The notes under the pieces were generated by a model. The model saw nothing but the letters and a program-made list of their open reading frames with translations. It was not told the DNA's origin and made no database searches. A stretch of 64,000 bases of DNA, taken from contig OZ218962.1 of assembly GCA_965112735.1 (NCBI GenBank), forward strand, positions 3,267,856-3,331,855, read 5' to 3'. Origin of the DNA: Phaeosaccion multiseriatum (taxonomy: Eukaryota > Protista > Ochrophyta, other classes). The position numbers and the translations under genes are program-made. This document shows, one piece after another, positions 48,801 to 58,373 of this stretch; the stretch's first letter is position 1, and each line of letters starts with the position of its first letter.

Positions 48801-49938
48801 CCTCCCTCCCTCCCTCCCTCCCTCCCTCCCTCCCTCCCTCCCTCCCTCCCTCCCTCCCTCCCTCCCTCCCTCCCTCCCTCCCTCCCTCCCTCCCTCCCTC
48901 CCTCCCTCCCTCCCTCCCTCCCTCCCTCCCTCCCTCCCTCCCTCCCTCCCTCCCTCCCTCCCTCCCTCCCTCCCTCCCTCCCTCCCTCCCTCCCTCCCTC
49001 CCTCCCTCCCTCCCTCCCTCCCTCCCTCCCTCCCTCCCTCCCTCCCTCCCTCCCTCCCTCCCTCCCTCCCTCCCTCCCTCCCTCCCTCCCTCCCTCCCTC
49101 CCTCCCTCCCTCCCTCCCTCCAAGTGCCCACCCCGCCTGACCCTCTTTGACCCCCTCTGTCCTCTGTGCGTGTTTACTGCAGGTTATCTACGTGGTGACG
49201 GTGTCTCTGCCGCTGTACACGGATGCCGTGCTGGGTCTGTGGCAAGCCGCTTGGGCAGGACGGAGGGCAGAAACGGGAGAAGAGGTGCCGAATTCACACG
49301 ACGAGTCCCACGAGGCTAGGGGTACCGGCGGAAACGAGCCAGAGGACGCCGAGGGTGCCTCCGTTCTGCAGCAGCAGCGCCAGCGAGAGAGGGAGCAGTT
49401 CCTGACGCAGCGCACAAAGGAGAGCTGCAGGCCTATGTTCGGCAAGATGCTGAGGAAGAACTTTCGTCACTTCGGCAACTGTCTGCTTCTTCCTCTCAAG
49501 AGCCCGAGACTGACTACGCACGGCGCAACGCCGGAAGCAGCAGAAGTAGCAGCCGCCGAAGTCGCACCAGTAGGAGCAGCGGAAACAGCAGAAACAGCAA
49601 AGGCGCACTTCAAGTCCAAACCCGAGTCCGGGTCAGTGACGAGCTCGACAGAGACAGTGAAGCACGGGCATCGCCCCGAGACACCTCCAGGTGGCGTGAG
49701 ACTGGGTGAAGCCATGCCCACCACGCCCACCACTACCACCAGCATGACCCCTTCAGGACGACGCTGGCAACAAAGCCACCAGTGCCAGCAAGAGCACGTC
49801 CTGCCGCCAATCTTCATGCCCGACACGCCGAGCGGCACGAGCTCGCTGAGCAGTTTCAGTTCCAATGCGATGGGCGCCTTGCAGATCTATCCCAAGCGCA
49901 GCTCACAGGCCCTCCAGTACCCGGAGTACATGGGTTAG
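42879..49938 (+). CDS. Paralogous surface membrane protein B (~1,600 aa): signal peptide, 3 Cys-rich modules, short mucin stalk, same TRP/Pkd2-FLC-like multi-TM domain
   Basis: Exons approx 42879-42998 (MGRPVVF..CLALGLMLVVGVGANA), 43356-43526, 43760-43915, 44146-45222, 45365-45490, 45691-45919, 46051-47829, 48275-48726, 49183-49938; near-identical to gene A over the membrane exons. Confidence 0.82.
43152..43320. repeat. (ACTC)n intronic microsatellite
   Basis: Visible pure run. Confidence 0.92.
48766..49121. repeat. (CCCT)n intronic microsatellite
   Basis: Visible pure run. Confidence 0.92.
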
Positions 49939-50214
49939 GTGTGGGTGGAAGTTACGTACAAATAAATCGACAAATACATACTCTTTGCTAGGTAGCATGC
50001 CATGCATCGGGAGCCACTGGGCAACACTTGAGGGCACTAGCCCGCTACCAACCAGTCAAGTCCTCCCTTGTGGGGGCCTTGTTAATGGTCGTTTAGAATA
50101 CTAGACAAGTGTGTGAGCTTGTTGGTATGTGCAATAGTATCGCTTACCCGAGAGCTAGCCCTCTGCCCGCTCTATCCTTTCACAACCAAGCTCTGAGAGA
50201 GGAGCTCTGGGCCG

Positions 50215-50646
50215 GTGGGGTTGAAATGGTCCTGCCATGGTCGTCATCTGTGAGCCCCGGTGGGTCATCTGGCGCCCGATTTCGACACGGGAGGGTGGAA
50301 GTGTGCTTTCTCTGGACCGGCGAGACTGAAATGATCCCGCCATGGTCGTCATGAGTGGGCCGTGCGTCTCTGGTGTGCTCGGTGTGGTTGTACACTCTGT
50401 TCTGTGGGGTTGAAATGGCCCATCTTTGAGCCCCGGTGGGTCATCTGGCGCCCGATTGCGTCACGGGAGGTTTGAACTGAGCTTTCTCTGGGCCGGCGGG
50501 ACTGAAATGATCCCGCCATGGTCGTCATGAGTCTACCGTGCGTCTCTGGTGTGCCCGGTGTGGTTGTACACTCTGTTCTGTGGGGTTGAAATGGCCCATC
50601 TGTGTGCCCAGGTGGGTCATCTGGCGCCCGATTGCGACACGGGAGG
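50215..50646. repeat. 176-bp subtelomeric tandem repeat (~2.5 copies), interrupted by the retroelement block
   Basis: GGGAGG recurs at 50289, 50465 and 50641; the array resumes in register at 56772. Confidence 0.88.
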
Positions 50647-50954
50647 TGTTAGAAGTCGTACTTTTGCTAGACTGATACCTGCCCTCTGAATTCAGACCGG
50701 GAGGTATCAGTCTAGCAAAAGTACGACTTCTAACAAGACCGTTGCTAGAAGACGAACCCCCCCCCCCCACCGCACATAGTGAAGAGAAGTAACTCGCAGT
50801 CTGAGAATCAGCATCATGGGCCAGCAAGCTGGTAACAGTTTTCGCCGAAAAATACGCTTTTTTCACAAGCGACAGCTAAGGTTCGAACTCACAACTAGCC
50901 TTGTTAGAAGTCGTACTTTTGCTAGACTGATACCTGCCCTCTGAATTCAGACCG
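50647..50954 (+). repeat. Hairpin-bearing ~255-bp unit (copy A, 1.2 units)
   Basis: 89-bp inverted repeat at 50647-50735 (TGTTAGAAG...CTTCTAACA), then a spacer, then a second left arm at 50902-50954 joined directly to pol; diverged from the 59-60 kb copies. Confidence 0.9.
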
Positions 50955-51009
50955 CCCCCATGTACACCAAGCCGCTGGCACGGGTCTGAGCGGCGTTGGG
51001 GACGTTGCT

Positions 51010-54000
51010 GTGGCCGCATGGGCCCAACAGCTCTTGTCGTTGTGGTCTAGTCGCCCATTACAGCAGCAGGAGAAGGTGGAGCAGGATATGACCAATGCGC
51101 TGCTGCTCCTTATCCAATTGCGAACGGTGCTGCAGGAGAGTCGCTGTCTTGGTGGGGGAGTGGAGTCGTGGGATGCAGGAGAGCTTGTGGTGGAGCAGCG
51201 GCGCCGTGCCAAGCTCACTACGGAGAGGGCTCAGTTCTGGCTCAGGGAGCTACCGTCGCCCCTGCACGCTATCACGATTGGCGACGGTGCCTGGACGGAG
51301 GTGCAACGCTGGGGACTGGTGGCGATCCTTCGCGCTCGGTCGCAAGCATTCTGTCAGAGGCCTGGTGACTACGGTCGGACGGATACTCTCTTCTTTGAGT
51401 GGGGACTGAAGGATGCGAATCAGCAGCCCATTCGGAGCTCCGCTCGACGGTATCCTCCACATTTGCGGCGGGGGATTGAGATTGAGATTGACAAGCTTCT
51501 CGCGGCTGCCATCATTCGCCCCAGCACTTCCAGCTGGGCCACTCCGCTGATGGCGGTCTTGAAGACGGACGCAGCTGGCAAAACCAAGTGTCATGAGGAT
51601 GGGACGCCTGTGGTACGTATGACGTGTGACTTGTCTCAGCTGAATGATGCGTGTCGCACGGAGGCCCCTGCGATGCCGGTAATTGATGATCTGCTGGCAG
51701 AGATGCATGGATCCAAGGTGTTCTCGGTGATGGACATCATGTCGGGCTACTTCAATGTGCCGATGGCATCAGCAGCGGAAGAGGATATATCCACCTTTGT
51801 GTGCCACAGTGGTACTTACGCTTGGCGAGTGATGCCGCAGGGCGCGAAGAATGCGCCTGCAGTCTTTGTGCGGCTTATGAATACGGTGCTCAAAGGGCTT
51901 CAGGAGCATGTGGCATGCTTTGTGGACGATATTGCAGTGTTTTCGGCTACGGTGGAGCAGCATCTGGAGCATTTGGATGCGGTGCTTGCGCGGTTGGTGG
52001 AGCACAAGCTCAAGCTGGAGCCGAGTAAGGCAGTGTTGGGTGCACCGGAGGTGCGGTTCTGCGGGCATTTGCTGGATCAGAACGGGGTGCGCACAGACCC
52101 GGCTAAGCATGCGGCGGTGCAAGAGCTGGTCAAGCCGTTGAGGTTACTTGCGAAGGATGGCGGCGTCAATCGAGTTAAGCAGGTGCGGCGTTTCATTGGC
52201 ATGCTCAGCTATTTTCGCCGCTTCATTCCGGAGTTTGCGCGCAAAGTGCGGCCCCTCAATGGGCTACTGCGTAAGGGCGTCGACGTGAGCACCGCCTGGA
52301 ATGCCTCGCACGATGCAGCTTGGGATGGACTCGTCGCCGACTTGTTGTCTTCTCCTGCGCTGGCCTTTCCGGAGTACGGGCCAGAGACGACTTTCACCCT
52401 CAGCACCGATGCTTCGACGGACGGTTTAGCAGGAGTGCTCTCCCAGACAGATGCGACCGGAGAGGAGCGGGTGGTGACATTCATCAGTCGGGCTACCACA
52501 GAGACTGAGGCCCGACTGAGCAGCACGGAGCTGGAGCTGCTGGCAGTGGTGTGGTGCGTGCGTAAACTGGCCATGTACATCTGCCACTACCCCACCACCG
52601 TGGTGACAGACCATCAGCCCTTGTTGTGGTTGGCTGGGCACAAGGATACCAATTCCAAGCTGTTCAGATGGTACGAGCGGCTCTCTACGCACCACTTGCA
52701 GTTTGTGCATCGTCCCGGGAAGCAAATGGTGGTGCCTGACTGCCTCTCTCGCAACGCGCTTCCGGTGCAGGAGTGGGAGACGCATGCGGGGGTAGACTTG
52801 GCCATGGTTGAGTGCGAGTGGCCGTCGCCCTTGCACACCTGGTGTGCTTCGATGGGGGTGCAGTTGAACCTGGTGGAGATGGTAGGGGACGAGTGCAGCC
52901 TTCATTGGGAGGAGCCCACGGAGGGCGCACTGCTTCGCTTTCTCGCAGTGGCGCAACAGCTGCAGGGCGAAGCCGACACACGCCTTCCTATTCCTGTGCC
53001 TGCCGTGACGGCCCAGCAACAGCAGCAACGGTGCCACCACCAGCAGCAGAGCGGAGCGGAGGCCCTACAAGCCTGGCAGACTGCAGAGGTGGACTTGTCG
53101 GCGACGCAGTCACGCAGGGGTACTGCTCGGCGTGCTTGGACACAGCGTCTTCAGCAATGTGGATGGCAGCCTACGCGAGCACCTCAGCTGGGTGTGAAGA
53201 AGGCTGTGATAGAGGCCTGGCAGCCGGGTCAGATGCCGCCATTTGTGAGTCACATCTCCGCAGCGAGGTGCACGTACGTATCTACGCCGAGGCACGTGCA
53301 GGCTCTATCGACTCAGTTGCGCTCAGCCAAAGTGGTCGCTATGGATTCGGAGTGGGCGCGTCACCGACGGCGCGCGTCGCTGCTGCAATTGGCCGTGCAG
53401 GTTGGGCCGCTGCCGGATGTGGCGCGTGACTATGGGCTCTTGATTGATCTAGACGCGCTTCAGAAGGCGGGGGGTATGATGGTACTGGCGCAAGTGTTGC
53501 GGGACCTGTGGGCCGAACCCTCGATTGTGAAGCTGGCTCACCACTGGAGTCACGACCAACGTGCCCTGGGCCGATGGCCGGAGCTCGCGGAGCATGTCCA
53601 GCACATCGTCAACTTGGTGGACACCAGTGACCTCTTTAAGCGCGTGTGCCCCGAACATACTCAGTTCATCGGACTCCAGGACCTTGTCAGCATGTTTTTG
53701 GAGCAACACCTTAGCAAGGAGGAGCGGGCCACCGATTGGACGAAGCGGCCGCTGTCCGCCGCTCAACGGGAGTACGCGTTTGCTGACGCTGCGGCGCTCC
53801 TCCGCCTCTGGCCTCGCATGGCGGAGTGTGTGCCGTTCGTCCATGGTGGCCCGGGGGTGGAGCTTAGCGCGATGAGCCCTGCTCACACCCCTGCGGAGCA
53901 GGAGGAGATGCAAGTCGGCAGGTTCATGCAGGCCGCGGTTGGTTATTGGGGCGATCGCGACCACGTGTCACCGCTCTACATCTTTGGTGTCCACTCCAAG

Positions 54001-56538
54001 ACGTTGGAGGTATTCGACCTGGCCAAACTGCAATTCAAACTGCAGTGCTCGTGGGAGACAATGATGCAGATGGTGGAGCGGTTCACGCGGACATATAAGC
54101 GCCAGCGGAAGGTGGTGGGCGCGTTGGCCAGTCATCTAGATACCATGATCGAGTTGCCATGGAAGCAAGTCCGTCAGGTGTCGCGTGACTACTTCTCGAT
54201 GTGCACACCAGCGGAGGCTCAGCAAACGGGTGCCGCGGCCGCTCATGCGTGGGCTGCATGGGAGGCCGAGCTTGAGGAGGATGCGTCTCGTCTGCCCTCG
54301 GAGGTATGTCCAGCTGCTGTTGCTGGTGCCACCGAGGGTGAGGAGCTTGTTACGGAGGAGGGCCGCATCACCCACCCTGGGGAGCCGCCTGCTGCGGAGT
54401 CGCCGTCGGAGCCTGGTACGGCAGATCTACTGGTCACGGAAGAAGCGGGGGATGCAGGTGATGAAGCTGCGGATGCAGTGGATAATGAAGCTGAGGAGGC
54501 AGTGGATTCAGTTTCCAAGGAGCCGGTGGAGCAGGAGTCCACCTTGCAGCGCGAACTTGATGGGCATCGACGAGAGGCAGAGCGACAGTTTGGGTGGTCT
54601 CTACCAGGCACGGTGCGTGCTGCCGCGGCGCACAGACGAGCGGCTGGAGCTTTGGGTGGCAGTCTGCATGTCGAGGCCGCGTGGTGGGTGCGTGCGCAGC
54701 GGGCTGATGCGGAGCTGGAAGCACTCCGTCGCCGTGTTCAGGCTGGGCCCACCGGCGGCGTGGTGGATGCAGGTGGGGGTGAGTTCTTTGTGGATGAGGA
54801 CGGGCTCTTGATGCGTAAGTGGGCTCCTGGGGGCTTTCGGTGGCGGGTGCGGCACACTCGGCTACAAGTATGTGTGCCCAAGGAGATGCGGCCAGCCTTG
54901 CTGCATGCCGCCCACACCGATGCCATCGCAGGTGGGCACCAAGGCCCGGGACGTATGCTAGACGCGCTGCAAGAGCGCGTATGGTGGGAGAAGATGAATG
55001 CACATGCGCTGTATTGGGCCCGCTCCTGTCTGGCGTGCCAGACCCGCAAGACTCCTCGCCGGCAGCCAAAGCCTGTGCCGCTGTCGTCCATTTCCAAGGT
55101 GGATGGACCTTGGGCGGTCATGGGCGCTGATGTGGCTGGCCCCTTTCCTATGGGCATGGGCGGTGAGGAGTACCTCTTGGTGTTTCAGGATTGGTTCACG
55201 AAGTGGACAGTGGTGGTGCCTTTGAGGGCACAGGACTATACGGCGGAAGGTATTGCTCGGGCCTTCGTGCGGCATGTCGTCACCACCCTGGGTGTGCCCC
55301 GAGTGCTGGTGAGTGATCAAGGCTCGCAGTTCACCAGTGCGCTCATGGGCGATGTGATGCGGGTTCTATCGGCGTCGCAAGTGTTCACGACGCCAATGCA
55401 CCAACAGGCCAATGGGCAGGTGGAGCGCTTCATGGCCACGATCAAGGACATGTTGGCGACGACCGTGGAGTCACAGATGCAGCAGTGGCCAGATTACGTC
55501 GCCGGGCTCACCTATGCGTACAACTGCCGCTCGCAGGAGAGCACGGGGATGGCGCCATTCTACGCCTTGTTCGGTCGGCACCCCCCGGTGCCTCTACAGG
55601 CGATGCTTCCGGCGCTAGTGGAGGACGGGTCGTTTTCGTCTGCCTCGGCATGGGTCCACGAACTGCGGGCACGTCTGGCTGTGGCTGCGGCGGTGGTCAA
55701 TGGGAGGCGCTGCGACTACCACGGGAGATTGCAGCTGAAGAACGCCTCACGCCGTTGGCCGACGCCCCTGCGACCCGGCACCAAGGTGATGTTGTATCGT
55801 CCTGGTGCCGCCGCCCAGCAAGAAGGGGAAGAACTCGAAGGGCCCCCGTCAGCGCAACTCAAGGCTCTGCAGCACTCGTGGGATGGTCCTTATACAGTCT
55901 TGCCTTGGCCATCTCTGGGGGCCTACTGTGCTCAGCATGGGCGGGTGAGTGAAGAGCACTATCAGGTCATGCAGCGCAGCGCAGTGTATCTGTCTATGAA
56001 ACGGGTGCGCGGCAATGGTGTGGAGCAGCTGCAACGGGCGTACCACAGAGACTTGACGAAGCCGTTCATCGATGGGGTGAGCGAGCGGCCCTTCGGTCTC
56101 CCGGAAGGGTTCGCCAGGTATCATATCCGTTGGTGCTCTCCTCAGTGGGCTACCAGCGCAATGCAGGAGCAGCGTAGCTTAGAGCTGGACGAGGTGAGTG
56201 AAGGGAAAGTGCCCACGCTGGCGAGGATTGTGAAGTTCCGCTGGCGCAAAGCCACGGGGCTGCCACTGCGGCGAGAGTATAACGTGCGGTGGGCGGTGTC
56301 GGACGGCGGCACTTTCCAGACCTGGGAATGGGCTGAGTGGTTACTGGAGCGGGGACACGCCAAGGCCATAGAGGCGTTCGAGAACGCCCTCCCGCACACT
56401 GCCCTTGATCCAGGAGTGAATGTCAAAAGAGGGCATAGGTCTAAACGGGAAAGCACGATCCGTCTGCGGCAACATGAGAAGTGGGGCAGCGGGCTGGCGC
56501 ACGAGACGCAATTCTATCGCTCGCATCTCGGCTTCTGA
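51010..56538 (+). CDS. pol: Pol polyprotein (5'-truncated): RT, RNase H, DEDDy 3'-5' exonuclease, integrase (H2C2, DDE, GPY/F), chromodomain
   Basis: RT: SSWATP, MDIMSGY, VMPQGAKNAP, FVDDIAVFS. RH: TDAS, ELELLAV, TDH, PDCLSR. Exonuclease: MDSEW, HHWSHD, REYAFAD. IN: H..GGH..CLAC, ADVAGP, SDQGSQF, GQVER, WDGPY. Chromodomain: RIVKFR..EYNVRW..TWE. The frame is open back to 50926 with no ATG at its 5' end. Confidence 0.93.
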   Translation: MAAWAQQLLSLWSSRPLQQQEKVEQDMTNALLLLIQLRTVLQESRCLGGGVESWDAGELVVEQRRRAKLTTERAQFWLRELPSPLHAITIGDGAWTEVQRWGLVAILRARSQAFCQRPGDYGRTDTLFFEWGLKDANQQPIRSSARRYPPHLRRGIEIEIDKLLAAAIIRPSTSSWATPLMAVLKTDAAGKTKCHEDGTPVVRMTCDLSQLNDACRTEAPAMPVIDDLLAEMHGSKVFSVMDIMSGYFNVPMASAAEEDISTFVCHSGTYAWRVMPQGAKNAPAVFVRLMNTVLKGLQEHVACFVDDIAVFSATVEQHLEHLDAVLARLVEHKLKLEPSKAVLGAPEVRFCGHLLDQNGVRTDPAKHAAVQELVKPLRLLAKDGGVNRVKQVRRFIGMLSYFRRFIPEFARKVRPLNGLLRKGVDVSTAWNASHDAAWDGLVADLLSSPALAFPEYGPETTFTLSTDASTDGLAGVLSQTDATGEERVVTFISRATTETEARLSSTELELLAVVWCVRKLAMYICHYPTTVVTDHQPLLWLAGHKDTNSKLFRWYERLSTHHLQFVHRPGKQMVVPDCLSRNALPVQEWETHAGVDLAMVECEWPSPLHTWCASMGVQLNLVEMVGDECSLHWEEPTEGALLRFLAVAQQLQGEADTRLPIPVPAVTAQQQQQRCHHQQQSGAEALQAWQTAEVDLSATQSRRGTARRAWTQRLQQCGWQPTRAPQLGVKKAVIEAWQPGQMPPFVSHISAARCTYVSTPRHVQALSTQLRSAKVVAMDSEWARHRRRASLLQLAVQVGPLPDVARDYGLLIDLDALQKAGGMMVLAQVLRDLWAEPSIVKLAHHWSHDQRALGRWPELAEHVQHIVNLVDTSDLFKRVCPEHTQFIGLQDLVSMFLEQHLSKEERATDWTKRPLSAAQREYAFADAAALLRLWPRMAECVPFVHGGPGVELSAMSPAHTPAEQEEMQVGRFMQAAVGYWGDRDHVSPLYIFGVHSKTLEVFDLAKLQFKLQCSWETMMQMVERFTRTYKRQRKVVGALASHLDTMIELPWKQVRQVSRDYFSMCTPAEAQQTGAAAAHAWAAWEAELEEDASRLPSEVCPAAVAGATEGEELVTEEGRITHPGEPPAAESPSEPGTADLLVTEEAGDAGDEAADAVDNEAEEAVDSVSKEPVEQESTLQRELDGHRREAERQFGWSLPGTVRAAAAHRRAAGALGGSLHVEAAWWVRAQRADAELEALRRRVQAGPTGGVVDAGGGEFFVDEDGLLMRKWAPGGFRWRVRHTRLQVCVPKEMRPALLHAAHTDAIAGGHQGPGRMLDALQERVWWEKMNAHALYWARSCLACQTRKTPRRQPKPVPLSSISKVDGPWAVMGADVAGPFPMGMGGEEYLLVFQDWFTKWTVVVPLRAQDYTAEGIARAFVRHVVTTLGVPRVLVSDQGSQFTSALMGDVMRVLSASQVFTTPMHQQANGQVERFMATIKDMLATTVESQMQQWPDYVAGLTYAYNCRSQESTGMAPFYALFGRHPPVPLQAMLPALVEDGSFSSASAWVHELRARLAVAAAVVNGRRCDYHGRLQLKNASRRWPTPLRPGTKVMLYRPGAAAQQEGEELEGPPSAQLKALQHSWDGPYTVLPWPSLGAYCAQHGRVSEEHYQVMQRSAVYLSMKRVRGNGVEQLQRAYHRDLTKPFIDGVSERPFGLPEGFARYHIRWCSPQWATSAMQEQRSLELDEVSEGKVPTLARIVKFRWRKATGLPLRREYNVRWAVSDGGTFQTWEWAEWLLERGHAKAIEAFENALPHTALDPGVNVKRGHRSKRESTIRLRQHEKWGSGLAHETQFYRSHLGF
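53270..53825 (+). other. DEDDy 3'-5' exonuclease domain (Mut-7/EXD3/WRN/RNase D-like) inside Pol
   Basis: ExoI VVAMDSEW, SLLQLA, ExoII KLAHHWSHDQRAL, VDTSDL, GLQDLVSMFLEQHLSKEERATDWTKRPLSAAQREYAFADA (ExoIII). Confidence 0.9.
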
Positions 56539-56576
56539 GGGAGCTAGCGGAAGAAGCGGGGGTGTAGTGAGGGGGA

Positions 56577-56771
56577 TGTTAGAAGTGGCCTAGTTGGGGT
56601 CCCTTGGGGACCCAATCAGTAGTGTAACGGCCGGAAAACGGGCCAACTAGACGGTAAATCAGTAATAAAGAAAGGAAGCGCAGCCTGCGTGTGGGCTGGC
56701 TTCCGGGTGCTTGCTTCAGCTTCTGCTCTGCTCTAGCTTGGCTTTGAGGCTAGCTGTCGGTAGTTTCGACT
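56577..56771 (+). repeat. Putative 3' LTR (~195 bp)
   Basis: Starts TGTTAGAAG immediately after GAGGGGGA; AATAAA at 56664; 3' end is ambiguous (..TTTCGACT, no CA) and there is no partner LTR. Confidence 0.6.
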
Positions 56772-56925
56772 GAGGGTGGAAGTGTGCTTTCTCTGGACCG
56801 GCGAGACTGAAATGATCCCGCCATGGTCGTCATGAGTGGGCCGTGCGTCTCTGGTGTGCCCGGTGTGGTTGTACACTCTGTTCTGTTAGGTTGAAATGGC
56901 CCATCTGTGAGCCCCGGTGGGTCTT
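56772..56925. repeat. Continuation of the 176-bp repeat
   Basis: Near-identical to 50291-50445. Confidence 0.88.
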
Positions 56926-58012
56926 CGTCCGAGGCCTCAGGACTCGAGAACCAGTGGAGCCCCACAACGTCCGAGACCTCAAGACTCGAGAACCACTTGA
57001 GAACCACTTCGTCCGCGGCCTCAGGACTCGAGAACCAGTGGAGAACCACTTCGTCCGAGGCCTCAGGACTCGAGAACCAGTGGAGAACCACTTCGTCCGA
57101 GGCCTCAGGACGCGAGAACCACTTGAGAACCACTTCGTCCGAGGCCTCAGGACTCGAGAACCACTTGAGAACCACTTCGTCCGAGGCCTCAGGACTCGAG
57201 AACCACTTGAGAACCACTTCGTCCAAGGCCTCAGGACTCGAGAACCACTTGAGAACCACTTCGTCCGCGGCCTCAGGACGCGAGAACCACTTGAGAACCA
57301 CTTCGTCCGAGGCCTCAGGACTCGAGAACCACTTGAGAACCACTTCGTCCGCGGCCTCAGGACTCGAGAACCACTTGAGAACCACTTCGTCCGAGGCCTC
57401 AGGACGCGAGAACCACTTGAGAACCACTTCGTCCGCGGCCTCAGGACTCGAGAACCACTTGAGAACCACTTCGTCCGAGGCCTCAGGACGCGAGAACCAG
57501 TGCAGAACCACTTCGTCCGAGGCCTCAGGACGCGAGAACCAGTGGAGAACCACTTCGTCCGAGGCCTCAGGACGCGAGAACCACTTGAGAACCACTTCGT
57601 CCGAGGCCTCAGGACTCGAGAACCAGTGGAGAACCACTTCGTCCGAGGCCTCAGGACTCGAGAAGCAGTGGAGAACCACCTTGTCCGAGGCCTCAGGACG
57701 CGAGAACCAGTGGAGAACCACTTCGTCCGAGGCCTCAGGACTCGAGAACCACTTGAGAACCACTTCGTCCGAGGCCTCAGGACTCGAGAACCACTTGAGA
57801 ACCACTTCGTCCGCGGCCTCAGGACTCGAGAACCACTTGAGAACCACTTCGTCCGAGGCCTCAGGACGCGAGAACCAGTGGAGAACCACTTCGTCCGAGG
57901 CCTCAGGACGCGAGAACCAGTGGAGAACCACTTCGTCCGAGGCCTCAGGACTCGAGAACCACCTGAGAACCACTTCGGCCGAGGCCTCAGGACTCGAGAA
58001 CCAGTGGAGAAT
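56922..58012. repeat. 42-bp subtelomeric minisatellite, ~26 copies
   Basis: GAACCACTTCGTCCGAGGCCTCAGGACTCGAGAACCACTTGA with a few recurring biallelic positions; no spacers. Confidence 0.95.
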
Positions 58013-58373
58013 GTGCTATTGTCCTACACAGTGTTGGTCATACATTCAGGGGTCACAGAAATATGAGTGTAACCTTCATGGACACCCCTGACCCAGGGGG
58101 GATAGATAGAAAGCGTGTGGAGAGCACTCTTTTTCTTGCAAGCTCTAAGTGAGTAGTAAAGACTTAATACGGACACCGACGCCCCACCAGAGGCGCGGCG
58201 AATACTTGGTCCAAACCCCTTAAGCTTTTCTACGTCAGCTTAGCACAGAACTAGTTCTCGCATAAAGAGTTGCGAAAGAAGAATAACAGCAGTTGCAGGA
58301 GTTCTGAGGAGACGTCCAACGAGACTTCAGCAGCGACAGACATCAGTGCAGTCTTCTAGGGGAACCTAGGAGG

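Larger units (their letters stand above)
50955..56771 (+). mobile_element. 5'-truncated Ty3/Gypsy (chromovirus-type) LTR retrotransposon
   Basis: RT-RH-IN order; purine-rich PPT-like tract at 56549-56576; putative 3' LTR from TG at 56577; no gag, protease or 5' LTR upstream. Confidence 0.9.

Noticed and set aside
50215-50646. 176-bp repeats as the 5' LTR of the Gypsy element
   Set aside because: Tandemly arrayed, no TG...CA ends or PBS, no match to the post-PPT sequence at 56577-56760; better explained as the interrupted target.
51010-51400. GTG at 51010 as a true start, or a protease domain upstream of RT
   Set aside because: The frame stays open to the repeat junction and no D(S/T)G motif is seen, so this is a truncation.
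56922-58012. 42-bp array as a CRISPR array, or as the 394-407 aa ORFs
   Set aside because: Head-to-tail repeats with no unique spacers and no cas genes; the ORFs arise from a stop-free unit whose length is divisible by 3.
58020-58225. LTR plus primer-binding site upstream of the gag-like ORF (TGTCC..GGACA; TGGTCC at 58207)
   Set aside because: No second copy, and no CA directly before the TGG; too weak to call.
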